Assembly (NCBI GenBank): GCA_043753645.1 | Contig: JAYUWH010000115.1 | Location: 141-64,140, forward strand | Reading direction: 5' to 3' | DNA from: Bdellovibrionales bacterium | GTDB lineage: Bacteria; Bdellovibrionota; Bdellovibrionia; Bdellovibrionales; Bdellovibrionaceae | DNA: 64,000 bases | The notes under the pieces: model-generated | Told to the model about the DNA's origin: nothing | The model's database searches: none | The model's input: only the letters and a program-made list of their open reading frames with translations | Position numbers and translations under genes: made by a program | Part shown: positions 42,133 to 52,174 of the stretch, one piece after another | Layout of the letters: each line of letters opens with the position of its first letter | How positions within the stretch are numbered: position 1 is the stretch's first letter

Positions 42133-43473
42133 ATGAAAATTTTTATGCTGGCTTTATTTATGGCTTCTGTTGTTTTTGCTGATGACTCTTTAAGTACTAA
42201 AATTCATGACCCCTATGTTTCGATGCGAGCAATGGGAATGGGTAATGCCTTTACCGCGGTTGCCGATGACTACAGTTTAATATTTTACAACCCGGCGGGT
42301 TTTGCAAAAAAAAGATACAACGAGGTTCAATTTACTTTGGCAGCTGTTGGATATTCGCCAAATACGCTGACTCTAGCTGACGAATTAAAAACGGCCACCG
42401 CGTCTGGTAATGATCAGCAAAAAGCGACAGCAGTTTCAAATGTTTTAGATAAGTACTATGGAAAAACGTTGGGTGGAAAAGTTCAAGCTGCCGAGATTTT
42501 TTGGACTCGAAAAAACTGGGGAGTTGCTTTAATTCCTGTGGATCTAACTGTGGATATGTCTTTTAATCGCCAACTAGGACCCGCCATAGATATGAATGTG
42601 ATCGCTGATACAACAATTGCTTACGGCTACGGAAAAGAGTTAGATAAGTTTTGGTCTGCTGGTCTTACTGCAAAATATGTTCACCGTGATGCCATCGATC
42701 AAAGTGTTAGTTTCCTAGAACTTGCCGCCGATTCAAATTTACTAAGTACGAAACGTTTTAAAGAAGGTTCAAGTATTGATTTAAACCTTGGCTTTATGTG
42801 GACCCCTGACTGGTTCAATAAATCCATTTTAAAAACGGAAGCAAAAACCGAAGAGAAAAAAGTTGAAGAGAAAAAGCCAGCTGAAGACAATCGCACAATT
42901 CAATCTGAAGAACCGTCATCTGAGGCTGCTAGCGGACCTGCTGCTGAAGCATTACCATCAGCAGCTAAGCCTGAAGAAAAAGCGAAGATTGAAGAAAAAC
43001 CAGAACCAATTAAAGAAGCCATCACTGGCACGACAGAAAGATTTCCTTTAACATTTGGTTTAGTAATAAATAATATTTTGGGTGGAAATTTTAGTAAATC
43101 AAATCAAGTTAATAAAGATGCTTTGGAAATACCAACCAGTATGTACCGAACCATTGATCTGGGAAGTCACTATGAAATGGCTAAGTTCGGCGATTTAACT
43201 TTGCGCTCGATGATTGATTTCAAAAACTTACTTCACCCTGATATCACGTTAAATAAATCATTTCATGCCGGCGTGGAATTTGATTATTTTCCGAATAGTT
43301 GGTTTAAAACTCAATTCCGCGTGGGCCTTAATCAAATGTATGCTACCGGTGGATTTACTTTTCTGTTCGGAGTTATTCATATCGACGCAGTTACTTACGG
43401 CGAAGAAGTAGGTTCAGCGACCACAAAGATTCAAAACCGTGTTTACGCAGCTAAACTGGGTTTCAATTTTTAG
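42133..43473 (+). CDS. Outer-membrane beta-barrel (TraF/FadL-like N-terminus) with acidic low-complexity insert
   Basis: RAMGMGNAFTAVADDYS.IFYNPAG; C-terminal KLGFNF. Confidence 0.75.
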   Translation: MKIFMLALFMASVVFADDSLSTKIHDPYVSMRAMGMGNAFTAVADDYSLIFYNPAGFAKKRYNEVQFTLAAVGYSPNTLTLADELKTATASGNDQQKATAVSNVLDKYYGKTLGGKVQAAEIFWTRKNWGVALIPVDLTVDMSFNRQLGPAIDMNVIADTTIAYGYGKELDKFWSAGLTAKYVHRDAIDQSVSFLELAADSNLLSTKRFKEGSSIDLNLGFMWTPDWFNKSILKTEAKTEEKKVEEKKPAEDNRTIQSEEPSSEAASGPAAEALPSAAKPEEKAKIEEKPEPIKEAITGTTERFPLTFGLVINNILGGNFSKSNQVNKDALEIPTSMYRTIDLGSHYEMAKFGDLTLRSMIDFKNLLHPDITLNKSFHAGVEFDYFPNSWFKTQFRVGLNQMYATGGFTFLFGVIHIDAVTYGEEVGSATTKIQNRVYAAKLGFNF

Positions 43474-43496
43474 ATACTAAAGTATTAACTAGTAAC

Positions 43497-44228
43497 TTAA
43501 GGACAAGCGGCACTAGGATTTTGTAATTTTATTTTTAAACAATTTCCAATCGCCGTGGGCGACGAACCACCATTAATGGCGCCTGACAGCTCAGTACAGT
43601 ACGCCTTTGTTGCATCTGAAGCTGTCGATAAGTTCTGACAACTTGTCGAATACGTAGAAGTGACAATAGAACCCAATGTTGCATTATCTAAAGACGCAAT
43701 TGCGGTTTTGATTTGGTCTTCCGTAGGTTGAGCCCCACCCGTTAGCGGGTAGGCCGCCATCGATGCTAAAGTGCCGATTCTAAATAAAGAACTTATCTGA
43801 GTGTAAAGACTTGATCCAGAAGCCGAGCAATACGTAAAGGCCTCGGCCGCGACGTCAATATTTCGCTGTCGAGCTACTGCATCTGAACTTAGATTAACTC
43901 CATTATGAAAATTTAAACCATTAATCGCTGTAACTGTTGCCGAACAACCGCCCGTGCAAGTGCCCGGCGTTTTTAACTTATCCAGCGAATCTGCCAGTGT
44001 AACCGCTGTTACTCCTTCAGCGATAAATACCGCCGCACATCGAAGTTTATTGGCAGTTAGTGAAGTATCAGAAGCTATTTTACTTAGACAAGCCCGTGCA
44101 TCTACAGCTGCGGAAGTATTCAGACAAAGCTGGGCATCTTTTAAATCGTCTTTTGAAGACGCTTTTTGGCACGATAAAATTAACAAAGATGAGACGGCTA
44201 AAATTAAATTCGCACAATTTTTTTTCAT
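43497..44228 (-). CDS. Cys-rich hypothetical lipoprotein
   Basis: Lipobox ILSC; many Cys; SD AAGGA. Confidence 0.8.
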   Translation of the reverse strand: MKKNCANLILAVSSLLILSCQKASSKDDLKDAQLCLNTSAAVDARACLSKIASDTSLTANKLRCAAVFIAEGVTAVTLADSLDKLKTPGTCTGGCSATVTAINGLNFHNGVNLSSDAVARQRNIDVAAEAFTYCSASGSSLYTQISSLFRIGTLASMAAYPLTGGAQPTEDQIKTAIASLDNATLGSIVTSTYSTSCQNLSTASDATKAYCTELSGAINGGSSPTAIGNCLKIKLQNPSAACP

Positions 44229-44253
44229 ATAACAATCCTTTTTGATTGTCTTT

Positions 44254-44281
44254 ATATCGGCATTTTTTGCATAAAAATTGA
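44254..44281 (-). promoter_or_regulatory. Sigma28 (FliA)-type promoter
   Basis: TCAA-N16-GCCGATAT upstream of the lipoprotein gene. Confidence 0.6.
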
Positions 44282-44328
44282 TGGAAATTCAAAATAAAAA
44301 GCATTGTCCTAAGTTGAGATTTACGATC

Positions 44329-44643
44329 TTAGTCTAGATCTGCTGGATCTTTTTTGCTATCAAGCTCGTCCATTGCAAGTTCAGCACGGGTTTTATAGCC
44401 CTTTTTTGTGTTGCAGTCTTTGCACGAGGGTACACAATTTTTTTTGTCTGATTTCCCACCACGGGCGATTGGAATTAAATGATCCATAGTTAACTCACTG
44501 GCTTTGAACTTTTTCTCGCAGTGATAGCATGTCCCTTTACCGACGACCTGTTTCCACCAGGTTGAATTTCGCAGTTCACGTGCTTTAGCCTTTTCAATTT
44601 TTTTATGCGATTCACTGGCCGGAATAAAATAACTATCAGACAT
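44329..44643 (-). CDS. Small HNH endonuclease
   Basis: CYHC...LTMDHLIPIARGG.S...NCVPSCKDCN..K. Confidence 0.92.
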   Translation of the reverse strand: MSDSYFIPASESHKKIEKAKARELRNSTWWKQVVGKGTCYHCEKKFKASELTMDHLIPIARGGKSDKKNCVPSCKDCNTKKGYKTRAELAMDELDSKKDPADLD

Positions 44644-44645
44644 GA

Positions 44646-46403
44646 TTATTTCGTACTGGATCCAGTGGGGTAATACAAGCGGTTATCAAAAAGGCCTTCA
44701 CTGAAATATTGGCGGACGGCTTTAAGTTGTTCTTCGCGATCGAAAATGTCGCCAACCAGTTCATAAATTCCATCAGAATAAAGTGGTATTATTTTTGGCC
44801 CCGCCTGCCACAAAGACTTTGATAAAAAGCTTCGTTTTTGAGGCTCGATTTTCAGTGCTTCCAATAAGGTTGGTAGAATATCAATCTGCTGAGCCGGCTG
44901 ATTAGCTTCCATCCCTTTTAACAATTCGGCATTTTGACTGTAAAAAATTATCGGTATCTGAAATTTTGACTTAAACGTTGCCGTTGGGCTTAAACTTGGA
45001 CCGGTATGATCAGCTGTAAAAACGAAAAGGGTATTCTTAAACCATTTTTTTTCTTTCGCACAGGCCATGAATTGCCTTAGGGCCGAATCCGCATAGTGAA
45101 TTGTTTTTAAAATTGGTAATGGTCCTTCGGGATGAAACTCGTTATCAGGCAACTTGTAAGGCTGGTGGGATGACAGGGTAAACACTGTTGATAAAAAAGG
45201 TTCTTTAAATTGCGACAACTGCGAACAGGTCCACTTTAAGAAAGGCTTGTCATAAATACCCCAAGTGCCATCATTATCTTTTTCATTGGGGTATTCGTTA
45301 GCGCCAAAATAATTTTGCAATCCAACACTTTTTGCAAAGGCATCAAAGTGCATGCTGCCATTTTTTGCGCCGTGAAAAAAGCTGGTATGATAACCCTTGG
45401 TAGCTAAGGTGTGGCCTAAACCGATAAATTCATTCGTTGAAAATTCCGAGTTTATAAAGGGCTCTTCCATCAATGCAGGGATTCCCGCCAAAATCGCGCC
45501 AAGGCCTTCAATCGAGCGGCGGGCATTTGCAAAGCTATTATTAAATAGTACGCCTTCATTTGCTAATTGATTTAAATAAGGAGTAAATTCAGGCTCTTTT
45601 AACTGCATATATTCTTTTGAAAAGCTTTCCAAAATTAGGATGACGATATTGTAGTTATTAAAATCTGGTACTTTGACATTGGCTTTCGCCGGTTGATTTA
45701 ATAGGCCCAACATTTTTTTCTCATCGTAAAAATGCAACCGCTCGAGTGATGATTTATCTAAACTTTTTACTAGAGTAAACGTCGAATTTAGTATCAACTG
45801 ATTGGCAATGGCTTCGGGAAAAATACGGCTTTCTACCGCCGAAAATGGCTTATGTTGCAGGCCCCCGCGAAAAAATAAAACCGTTACAATAAGCACACAC
45901 AATGTCGACATTAACTTTTTGGCAAAGCTGATATCAATTAAAATCTTTTTATAAAAGTGAAAACTGGCGAAAGAATATAAAATTATTAGCGCAAAGGTCA
46001 TCAGTGCCATACCTAAATACGGCGTAATAACGTTACTAATATGACCATCATTCAGCAAAAAGAACGATGCTTTTGAAAATCTTCGCCCGGTAAAATTAAC
46101 CAACTCGATATCACCAGAATTAGCTAAGATTAAAAAAATATTTGTTGCCCAAAACACCAAAAATAAAAAAATCTTTAGCACTTTGTATCTTTCGATCCAT
46201 ATTAGCAACAACACGAAAAGTCCAAAGGTGGCGGCCAAAGCAGCCATATCAAAGCGCTCACCGAGCATAAAAGCCTGTAGAATCTGCGTAGAAGACAGCA
46301 CTTTTAAGCTTGGCCAATTCCAAATGAAGAATTCCAGCCTAAACACGACGTAAATGGCAAAATGCAAAAGAAAATACATAAATATTGGCATAATTTTCAC
46401 CAC
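44646..46403 (-). CDS. LTA synthase/sulfatase-family phosphoglycerol transferase
   Basis: N-terminal TMs; NIVILILESF, TLSSHQPY, NTLFVFTADH, QIDILPT. Confidence 0.9.
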   Translation of the reverse strand: MVKIMPIFMYFLLHFAIYVVFRLEFFIWNWPSLKVLSSTQILQAFMLGERFDMAALAATFGLFVLLLIWIERYKVLKIFLFLVFWATNIFLILANSGDIELVNFTGRRFSKASFFLLNDGHISNVITPYLGMALMTFALIILYSFASFHFYKKILIDISFAKKLMSTLCVLIVTVLFFRGGLQHKPFSAVESRIFPEAIANQLILNSTFTLVKSLDKSSLERLHFYDEKKMLGLLNQPAKANVKVPDFNNYNIVILILESFSKEYMQLKEPEFTPYLNQLANEGVLFNNSFANARRSIEGLGAILAGIPALMEEPFINSEFSTNEFIGLGHTLATKGYHTSFFHGAKNGSMHFDAFAKSVGLQNYFGANEYPNEKDNDGTWGIYDKPFLKWTCSQLSQFKEPFLSTVFTLSSHQPYKLPDNEFHPEGPLPILKTIHYADSALRQFMACAKEKKWFKNTLFVFTADHTGPSLSPTATFKSKFQIPIIFYSQNAELLKGMEANQPAQQIDILPTLLEALKIEPQKRSFLSKSLWQAGPKIIPLYSDGIYELVGDIFDREEQLKAVRQYFSEGLFDNRLYYPTGSSTK

Positions 46404-46444
46404 CAGAGTTGCTTGAAATTAAAAAATTTGGTAGAGATTTCTTC

Positions 46445-46687
46445 ATGACAATTGAGCAAATGAACCAACGATTACAAACGGCCTATCCAGATTCAAATCC
46501 TATCACTGAGATCGAAGTCCATGACCTAACCGGCACTGCAAATCACTGGGAAGTGTCGGTAAAAAGCACCAGCTTCAAAGGGCTTTCGCGCATCGAACAG
46601 CATCAGCATGTAATGCGCACCTTTGATGCGGAATTAAAAACTGGCGAAGTGCATGCTTTGTCTATTAAAACTCAAATTAAAAATTAA
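46445..46687 (+). CDS. BolA family protein
   Basis: DLTG..NH, F.GLSRIEQHQ.V, VHALSIKT. Confidence 0.92.
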   Translation: MTIEQMNQRLQTAYPDSNPITEIEVHDLTGTANHWEVSVKSTSFKGLSRIEQHQHVMRTFDAELKTGEVHALSIKTQIKN

Positions 46688-46711
46688 CATCTCTTTAAAG
46701 GAGTCTTGAAA

Positions 46712-47017
46712 ATGTCAGAAGTTAAATTAAAAATCGAAAATTTACTCACTGAAAATAAAGTCGTACTTTTTATGAAAGGCACTCAACAATTTCCGCAATG
46801 TGGCTTTTCGGCGCGCGCGACCGCGATTTTGCAAGACCTTAGCGTGCCGTTCAAAGATATTAATGTCCTTGAAGACGAAGAAATTCGAAATGCCATAAAA
46901 GAATACGGCAACTGGCCGACCATTCCTCAACTTTACATCAACAAAAAATTAGTTGGCGGGAGTGACATCATGATGGAGATGTATCAAGCGGGCGAATTGC
47001 AAGAATTGTTGAAGTAG
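46712..47017 (+). CDS. grxD: Monothiol glutaredoxin Grx4
   Basis: LFMKGT..FPQCGFS, WPTIPQLY, GGSDI. Confidence 0.95.
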   Translation: MSEVKLKIENLLTENKVVLFMKGTQQFPQCGFSARATAILQDLSVPFKDINVLEDEEIRNAIKEYGNWPTIPQLYINKKLVGGSDIMMEMYQAGELQELLK

Positions 47018-47024
47018 CCACTTT

Positions 47025-47207
47025 ATGCTTTGCAACTTGGCCCCTTGGGACCGCAGCCTACGCTTCATCATTTCCGTGTTGGCTTTAGCCTATGCTATCG
47101 CCGGCGGCCCCACTTGGTTTTGGTTATTTGGCTTGTATGGACTTATCACCGCAGGTTGGGGCCTTTGCCCTATTTATTCTTTCTTTCGAATCAGAACTTT
47201 GCGATAG
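47025..47207 (+). CDS. DUF2892/YgaP-like small membrane protein
   Basis: N....DR.LR, G.CP.Y. Confidence 0.8.
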   Translation: MLCNLAPWDRSLRFIISVLALAYAIAGGPTWFWLFGLYGLITAGWGLCPIYSFFRIRTLR

Positions 47208-47214
47208 TTAAAGA

Positions 47215-48591
47215 ATGGAAGCACTAAAAAGTCTAAAATTAAAATCTTCGCAAATTAAAACGGATGCAGATTCCTTAAAGTATTATGGCAAAGATTGGAC
47301 GACCTACTTCGATATAAATCCAGCGGCGATTACTTTTCCAGAATCTACTGCGGACGTTGTTGAATTAGTGCAGTGGGGAAGAAAAAATAAAGTGGCTTTA
47401 GTTCCTTCGGGTGGCCGCACTGGACTTAGCGGTGCCGCGTGTGCTACTAATGGAGAAGTCGTAGTCTCTTTTGAAAAAATGAACCGCATTTTAGAATTTA
47501 ACTCTGATGATGCCAGCGTCGATATCGAGCCTGGCGTAATAACTAAAGCCTTACAAAATTTTGCTAAGGAAAAAAATCTACTTTATCCCGTTGATTTTGC
47601 GGCGACAGGATCTTCACAAATGGGTGGAAATATTGCGACCAATGCGGGCGGAATCAAAGTTGTTCGCTATGGATTAACCAGAGATTGGATCATCGGTCTT
47701 GAAGTCGTCACCGGGGCTGGCGAGATTTTAAATTTAAATAATGGTCTTGTTAAAAATGCAACGGGATTAGATTTACGACACCTTTTCATTGGCAGTGAAG
47801 GAATTTTAGGATTCATAACCAAAGCAAAAATTAAATTATCACCGCCGCCGCCGCCTCTTAAAGTTATCGTCTTAGCGCTTAATCACCTGGACAGCGTGAT
47901 GAAAGTTTTTTCTGAGTTCAAAAAGCAACTGACATTACAAGCTTACGAAGTTTTTTCCGAGAAAGCGCTTGGGCTTGTGCTTGAAGCTACTAAGTTAACG
48001 CGGCCTTTTGAAACCAAAGCAGAATGGTACGTTGTCTGCGAGGTTGAATGCCCTTCTGAAACTTCTGAACAAAAAATTATGTCGGTTTTTGAAGAATGCC
48101 TAGAACAAGCTTGGGTTTTAGACGGCGTTATCTCACAATCGGAAGTGCAAGCAAAAACATTTTGGCGCTACCGCGAAGACATCAGCGAATCCTTATCAAA
48201 ATTTTCGCCTTATAAAAATGATATTTCAGTAGCCGTATCTAAAGTGCCAGCGTTTATGAGTGATTTAGAAGCGGTCTTTGCCAAAGCTTACCCTACTTGG
48301 ACTGTTATTTGGTTTGGCCATATCGGCGACGGAAATTTGCATATTAATATTTTACGCCCGATAGGTATGTCGAAAGAAAACTTCGTAGCCGAATGCCGAA
48401 AAGTAGATGAGTTTGTGTTTAAAGCCGTGCAAAAGCAACGCGGCAGTATTTCAGCTGAGCATGGTGTTGGCTTAACTAAAAAATCTTTTTTGCATTACAC
48501 CAGATCCACTGAAGAAATTCAGTTATTGAAACAAATAAAAAAAATATTTGATCCGGATGGCATTATCAACCCAGGAAAAGTAGTCGATTAA
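47215..48591 (+). CDS. FAD-binding oxidoreductase, D-2-hydroxyglutarate dehydrogenase-like
   Basis: PSGGRTGLSG, GGNIATNAGG, GSEG.LG, FGHIGDGNLH, SAEHGVG, NPGK. Confidence 0.85.
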   Translation: MEALKSLKLKSSQIKTDADSLKYYGKDWTTYFDINPAAITFPESTADVVELVQWGRKNKVALVPSGGRTGLSGAACATNGEVVVSFEKMNRILEFNSDDASVDIEPGVITKALQNFAKEKNLLYPVDFAATGSSQMGGNIATNAGGIKVVRYGLTRDWIIGLEVVTGAGEILNLNNGLVKNATGLDLRHLFIGSEGILGFITKAKIKLSPPPPPLKVIVLALNHLDSVMKVFSEFKKQLTLQAYEVFSEKALGLVLEATKLTRPFETKAEWYVVCEVECPSETSEQKIMSVFEECLEQAWVLDGVISQSEVQAKTFWRYREDISESLSKFSPYKNDISVAVSKVPAFMSDLEAVFAKAYPTWTVIWFGHIGDGNLHINILRPIGMSKENFVAECRKVDEFVFKAVQKQRGSISAEHGVGLTKKSFLHYTRSTEEIQLLKQIKKIFDPDGIINPGKVVD

Positions 48592-49805
48592 AAAACTAAA
48601 CGAGTTTTGATACTGCGCTTAGAGGCTTGAATTTTTGAAACTAAATTTCCCGCACTGTCTTTGGCTTTATCCATTTCTAAATCTACAACTAAATAACCGA
48701 TTTTTTGGTCAGTTGATAAATACTGGGCTTGAATATTCGCTGAAGCCGCAGAAATAAGGCCATTCAGTTCGCCCAACACACCGGGCTCGTTACTATGTAT
48801 ATTCATAATACGCGTGATGTTTTCTTTATGGGTTAAATCAATATTGGGAAAATTGACGGCGCCGGCCGTTGTTCCAAACTTTAAAAACTTTCTAAAACTT
48901 TCAGCCACTTCAAGGCCAATTGAATGCTGGGCTTCCTCAGTACTACCACCAATATGCGGAGTTAAGATCACATTTTTTAACCCCTGAAGTGGTGACTTGA
49001 ACTTTTCTTTATTGGAAGAGGGCTCGATCGGAAATACGTCTACTGCACACCCTGCGATATGATTCGATTTTAAAGCCTGTACTAAATCTTCAATTTGCAC
49101 CACAGTTCCCCGCGAGGCATTAATTAAAAAACTGCGCTTTTTCATCTTTGCTATTTGCTCAGAGGCAATCATATTAAATGTTTGTGGGGTTTCGGGCACA
49201 TGCAAAGTCACGAAATCAGATTCTGCTAAAAGATCATTTAATTTTGATCTCGATTGCGCATTCCCTAAAGGAAGTTTTTTGATGACATCATAAAAAAGGA
49301 CTCTCATTCCAAGAGATTCAGCTAAAATACTGACTTGGCTACCAATGTGGCCGTAGCCAATGATTCCCAAAGTTTTTCCGCGAACTTCAAAAGCACCTTC
49401 GGCAGACTTCATCCATTCGCCTTGATGAGCTAAAGTATTTCGGTCACCCAATTGCCTTGATAGAGCGATCATTTCTGCAATGACCAGCTCTGCCACCGAG
49501 CGCGTGTTGCTATGCGGGGCATTAAATACCGGAACTCCGCAGTGATTTGCTTGAACTAAATTAATTTGATTCGTACCTATACAAAAAGCGCCAATCGCTA
49601 ACAAATGCGTATTGTTTTTCAATATATTTTCAGTGATTTCTGATTTAGAACGAATACCTAAAACGTCATAGTTTTTTAAAATTTGTAGATACTCGGCCTC
49701 AGTCGGCGCATGAGTTAAAAGGTCAACTTTGTAGCCTTCGTCAAGTAATCGGTCTTTTGCGACTGAGTGAATATTTTCAGTTAATAAGATTCGCGTTTGT
49801 GTCAT
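48588..49805 (-). CDS. serA: D-3-phosphoglycerate dehydrogenase (E. coli type II, ACT domain)
   Basis: FCIGTNQ, SNTRSVAEL, GYGHIG, TPHIGGSTEEAQ. Confidence 0.95.
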   Translation of the reverse strand: MTQTRILLTENIHSVAKDRLLDEGYKVDLLTHAPTEAEYLQILKNYDVLGIRSKSEITENILKNNTHLLAIGAFCIGTNQINLVQANHCGVPVFNAPHSNTRSVAELVIAEMIALSRQLGDRNTLAHQGEWMKSAEGAFEVRGKTLGIIGYGHIGSQVSILAESLGMRVLFYDVIKKLPLGNAQSRSKLNDLLAESDFVTLHVPETPQTFNMIASEQIAKMKKRSFLINASRGTVVQIEDLVQALKSNHIAGCAVDVFPIEPSSNKEKFKSPLQGLKNVILTPHIGGSTEEAQHSIGLEVAESFRKFLKFGTTAGAVNFPNIDLTHKENITRIMNIHSNEPGVLGELNGLISAASANIQAQYLSTDQKIGYLVVDLEMDKAKDSAGNLVSKIQASKRSIKTRLVF

Positions 49806-49907
49806 GCCAAAGATGTTAAAAAAAACAAACCACTTTGTCTGCGAATTAACGGTATGCGCGTTGCGGTAATAGTTTCTCTCGTGAGGTAGTTACTTCACAC
49901 TGTTTGG

Positions 49908-51248
49908 ATGTCAATTTCACTTCTGAATTTACTTATTGTTGAAGATGATCAAATACTAGCCAGCTCTTTAAAATTAATGGCACCGGATGGATTTCGCGTT
50001 CACTTAGTTCAAAAGTTAGATTTGGTTCCCGATCATATTTTCTTTCATGCGGCTCTTGTTGATATGCATCTTAATAACTACACCCTAGAAAATCCGGAGG
50101 GCCCTTTAGTCATCCAGAAACTGGTAAAGAAAAATCCGCAAATTGAAATTGTCGCTATGTCCGGAAATCTTGACCGGCAACTTATGGAAAAAGCTGTCTT
50201 GGCCGGAGCCCAGCGGTTTTTAGCAAAACCGCTATTGTCAGAAGAAGTTTGCGCGGTGTTAGAAAAAATTGAAGCTTACTGGAAACTGCGGCTTTTTAAA
50301 TATGAAAAATATTCGACCAAGAATGTTCTGGTGGGATCAAGTGCTGCAACGGATACACTACGAAAAAAAATAGCACAGCTTAAATTGGAAAAAACAGCGA
50401 TTTTAATCGAAGGTGAAACCGGCACTGGAAAAGAAGTGGTTGCTCAATTAATTAATACGCAAGAAGGCCAACGACCTTTTGTATCGGTTAACTGTTCCGC
50501 AATTACCGAAACATTGTTTGAAAGTGAATTCTTCGGTCATGTTAAAGGCGCTTTCACCGGGGCAGATTCAGGAAAAATTGGTTTTTGCGAAGCGGCTCAT
50601 GGCGGTGATTTATTTTTAGATGAAATGGAAGTGCTTCCGCTAAATCAACAAGCAAAGTTATTACGCTTTATCGAGTCCGGCGAATTTCGCAAAGTGGGCG
50701 GCAAAGAAAATCAGTTTTCGCAAGTGCGAATTATTGCAGCCAGCAATATTTCACTTAAAAAATTAATTTTAGAAAAAAAATTTCGCGAAGATTTGTATTT
50801 TAGGCTCAGCGCTAATTTAATTCAAATACCTCCGCTGCGTGATCGACCTGAGGATGTTAATGAACTGGCAAATTATTTCATTGATTTAGAAAAACCCCGC
50901 AGAAATAAAGAATTTGAAGCCGAGGCACTGACAGAGCTTACGGCCTATTCTTGGCCGGGGAATGTGCGCGAGCTTAAGCGCATTTGCGAACAGCTGGTGC
51001 TAACGTCGGCACTGCCAATGATTCGCCAAGATGATGTTCGCCGCTTACTACAAGTGCCGCATACCCCAAGACTAGAAACTATAAATTTATCAGTGCCACT
51101 TAGTGAATTTTTGACCGAGCAAGAAAAAATGTTTATCGAAAAGAATTTACAATGGACCAAGGATATTGACCGCTCTGCAGACTTGCTGAAGATCTCAAAA
51201 TCAAACTTGTACAAAAAAATAAAAGATTTAGGAATCGTCTATGAGTGA
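49908..51248 (+). CDS. Sigma54-dependent response regulator (NtrC family)
   Basis: Receiver + GETGTGKE, GAFTGA, LFLDE, FREDLYFRL, WPGNVREL + HTH. Confidence 0.93.
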   Translation: MSISLLNLLIVEDDQILASSLKLMAPDGFRVHLVQKLDLVPDHIFFHAALVDMHLNNYTLENPEGPLVIQKLVKKNPQIEIVAMSGNLDRQLMEKAVLAGAQRFLAKPLLSEEVCAVLEKIEAYWKLRLFKYEKYSTKNVLVGSSAATDTLRKKIAQLKLEKTAILIEGETGTGKEVVAQLINTQEGQRPFVSVNCSAITETLFESEFFGHVKGAFTGADSGKIGFCEAAHGGDLFLDEMEVLPLNQQAKLLRFIESGEFRKVGGKENQFSQVRIIAASNISLKKLILEKKFREDLYFRLSANLIQIPPLRDRPEDVNELANYFIDLEKPRRNKEFEAEALTELTAYSWPGNVRELKRICEQLVLTSALPMIRQDDVRRLLQVPHTPRLETINLSVPLSEFLTEQEKMFIEKNLQWTKDIDRSADLLKISKSNLYKKIKDLGIVYE

Positions 51249-52167
51249 TTTATTTCTTTCCAGTTCTGCCGCTTGGACAACTCCGATTTATCGACAAACT
51301 GTGATGATTGTACTGCTGGCTATTTTTACTGGCGGAGCCATCAACTTTATTTTTCGCAAAAAAAACTATTATTCGCTGGTGGCTTGGGCTTCTATTAAAA
51401 GTTGGATAATTCTAGCACCCATTATGTTTTTACTGATGGGACTACGAGAGCCTTTTCCAATTATTTTACTAACTTTATTTGCGCTTTATGGGGCTAAGGT
51501 TTATTTTCAAATTCTTGGCATGTATCACGAAAGCCATTTCGTGTACATTTGCTACGCCGGAATACTTGGCCTGGGAGTCTTCAGCCAGTTAAATAATTTA
51601 ACTCTTTATAACGAAATGCCAATGGCGGTGCTTGGTGTTTCTTGCTTAGTGCCCCTGTTGCAGCGCAGTTATAAAAATATGATTCAATATATTTCTCTAA
51701 CTTTACTTGGCTTTATTTTTCTGGGTTGGTCTTTCATGCACCTGGGACTGATTCTAAATTTTGAAAATGGAATTTATCAAGTCATGTACTTATTTATTTT
51801 GACTGAATTTTGCGACAATACGAATTTATCTATCAGCCGCTATTTTAAAGGTCCGAAATTAATGACCGAAGTCAACGGCCGCCGAACCTGGCTAAGCACC
51901 CTGACAGCTGTCTTACTTACTTTGATTTTGGCCTATGGCATGCGCCACTTACTACCCGACCGCAGTGACCGGTATTGGTTAGCGGCAGGCCTAATAGCTT
52001 CTTTCGGCGGAGTCGTTGGTGATTTAGTTATGGCCGTAGTAAGACGGGATGCTGGCGTTAAAATTGTGGGACCTTTTATCTTGGGCCGCGGAGATTTTTT
52101 ACAGCGCATGGATCGATTGATCTTTGTAGCTCCAATTTATTTCTTTGTGATGAATGCTTTAACGTAG
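51241..52167 (+). CDS. cdsA: Phosphatidate cytidylyltransferase
   Basis: Polytopic; GDL.....RRDAGVK.......GRG..L.R.D.L.F. Confidence 0.8.
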   Translation: MSDLFLSSSAAWTTPIYRQTVMIVLLAIFTGGAINFIFRKKNYYSLVAWASIKSWIILAPIMFLLMGLREPFPIILLTLFALYGAKVYFQILGMYHESHFVYICYAGILGLGVFSQLNNLTLYNEMPMAVLGVSCLVPLLQRSYKNMIQYISLTLLGFIFLGWSFMHLGLILNFENGIYQVMYLFILTEFCDNTNLSISRYFKGPKLMTEVNGRRTWLSTLTAVLLTLILAYGMRHLLPDRSDRYWLAAGLIASFGGVVGDLVMAVVRRDAGVKIVGPFILGRGDFLQRMDRLIFVAPIYFFVMNALT

Positions 52168-52174
52168 GAAAACT

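Noticed and set aside
44329-44643. HNH nuclease as a defence or mobile system
   Set aside because: Short stand-alone HNH in a housekeeping context; no partner defence genes or intron structure
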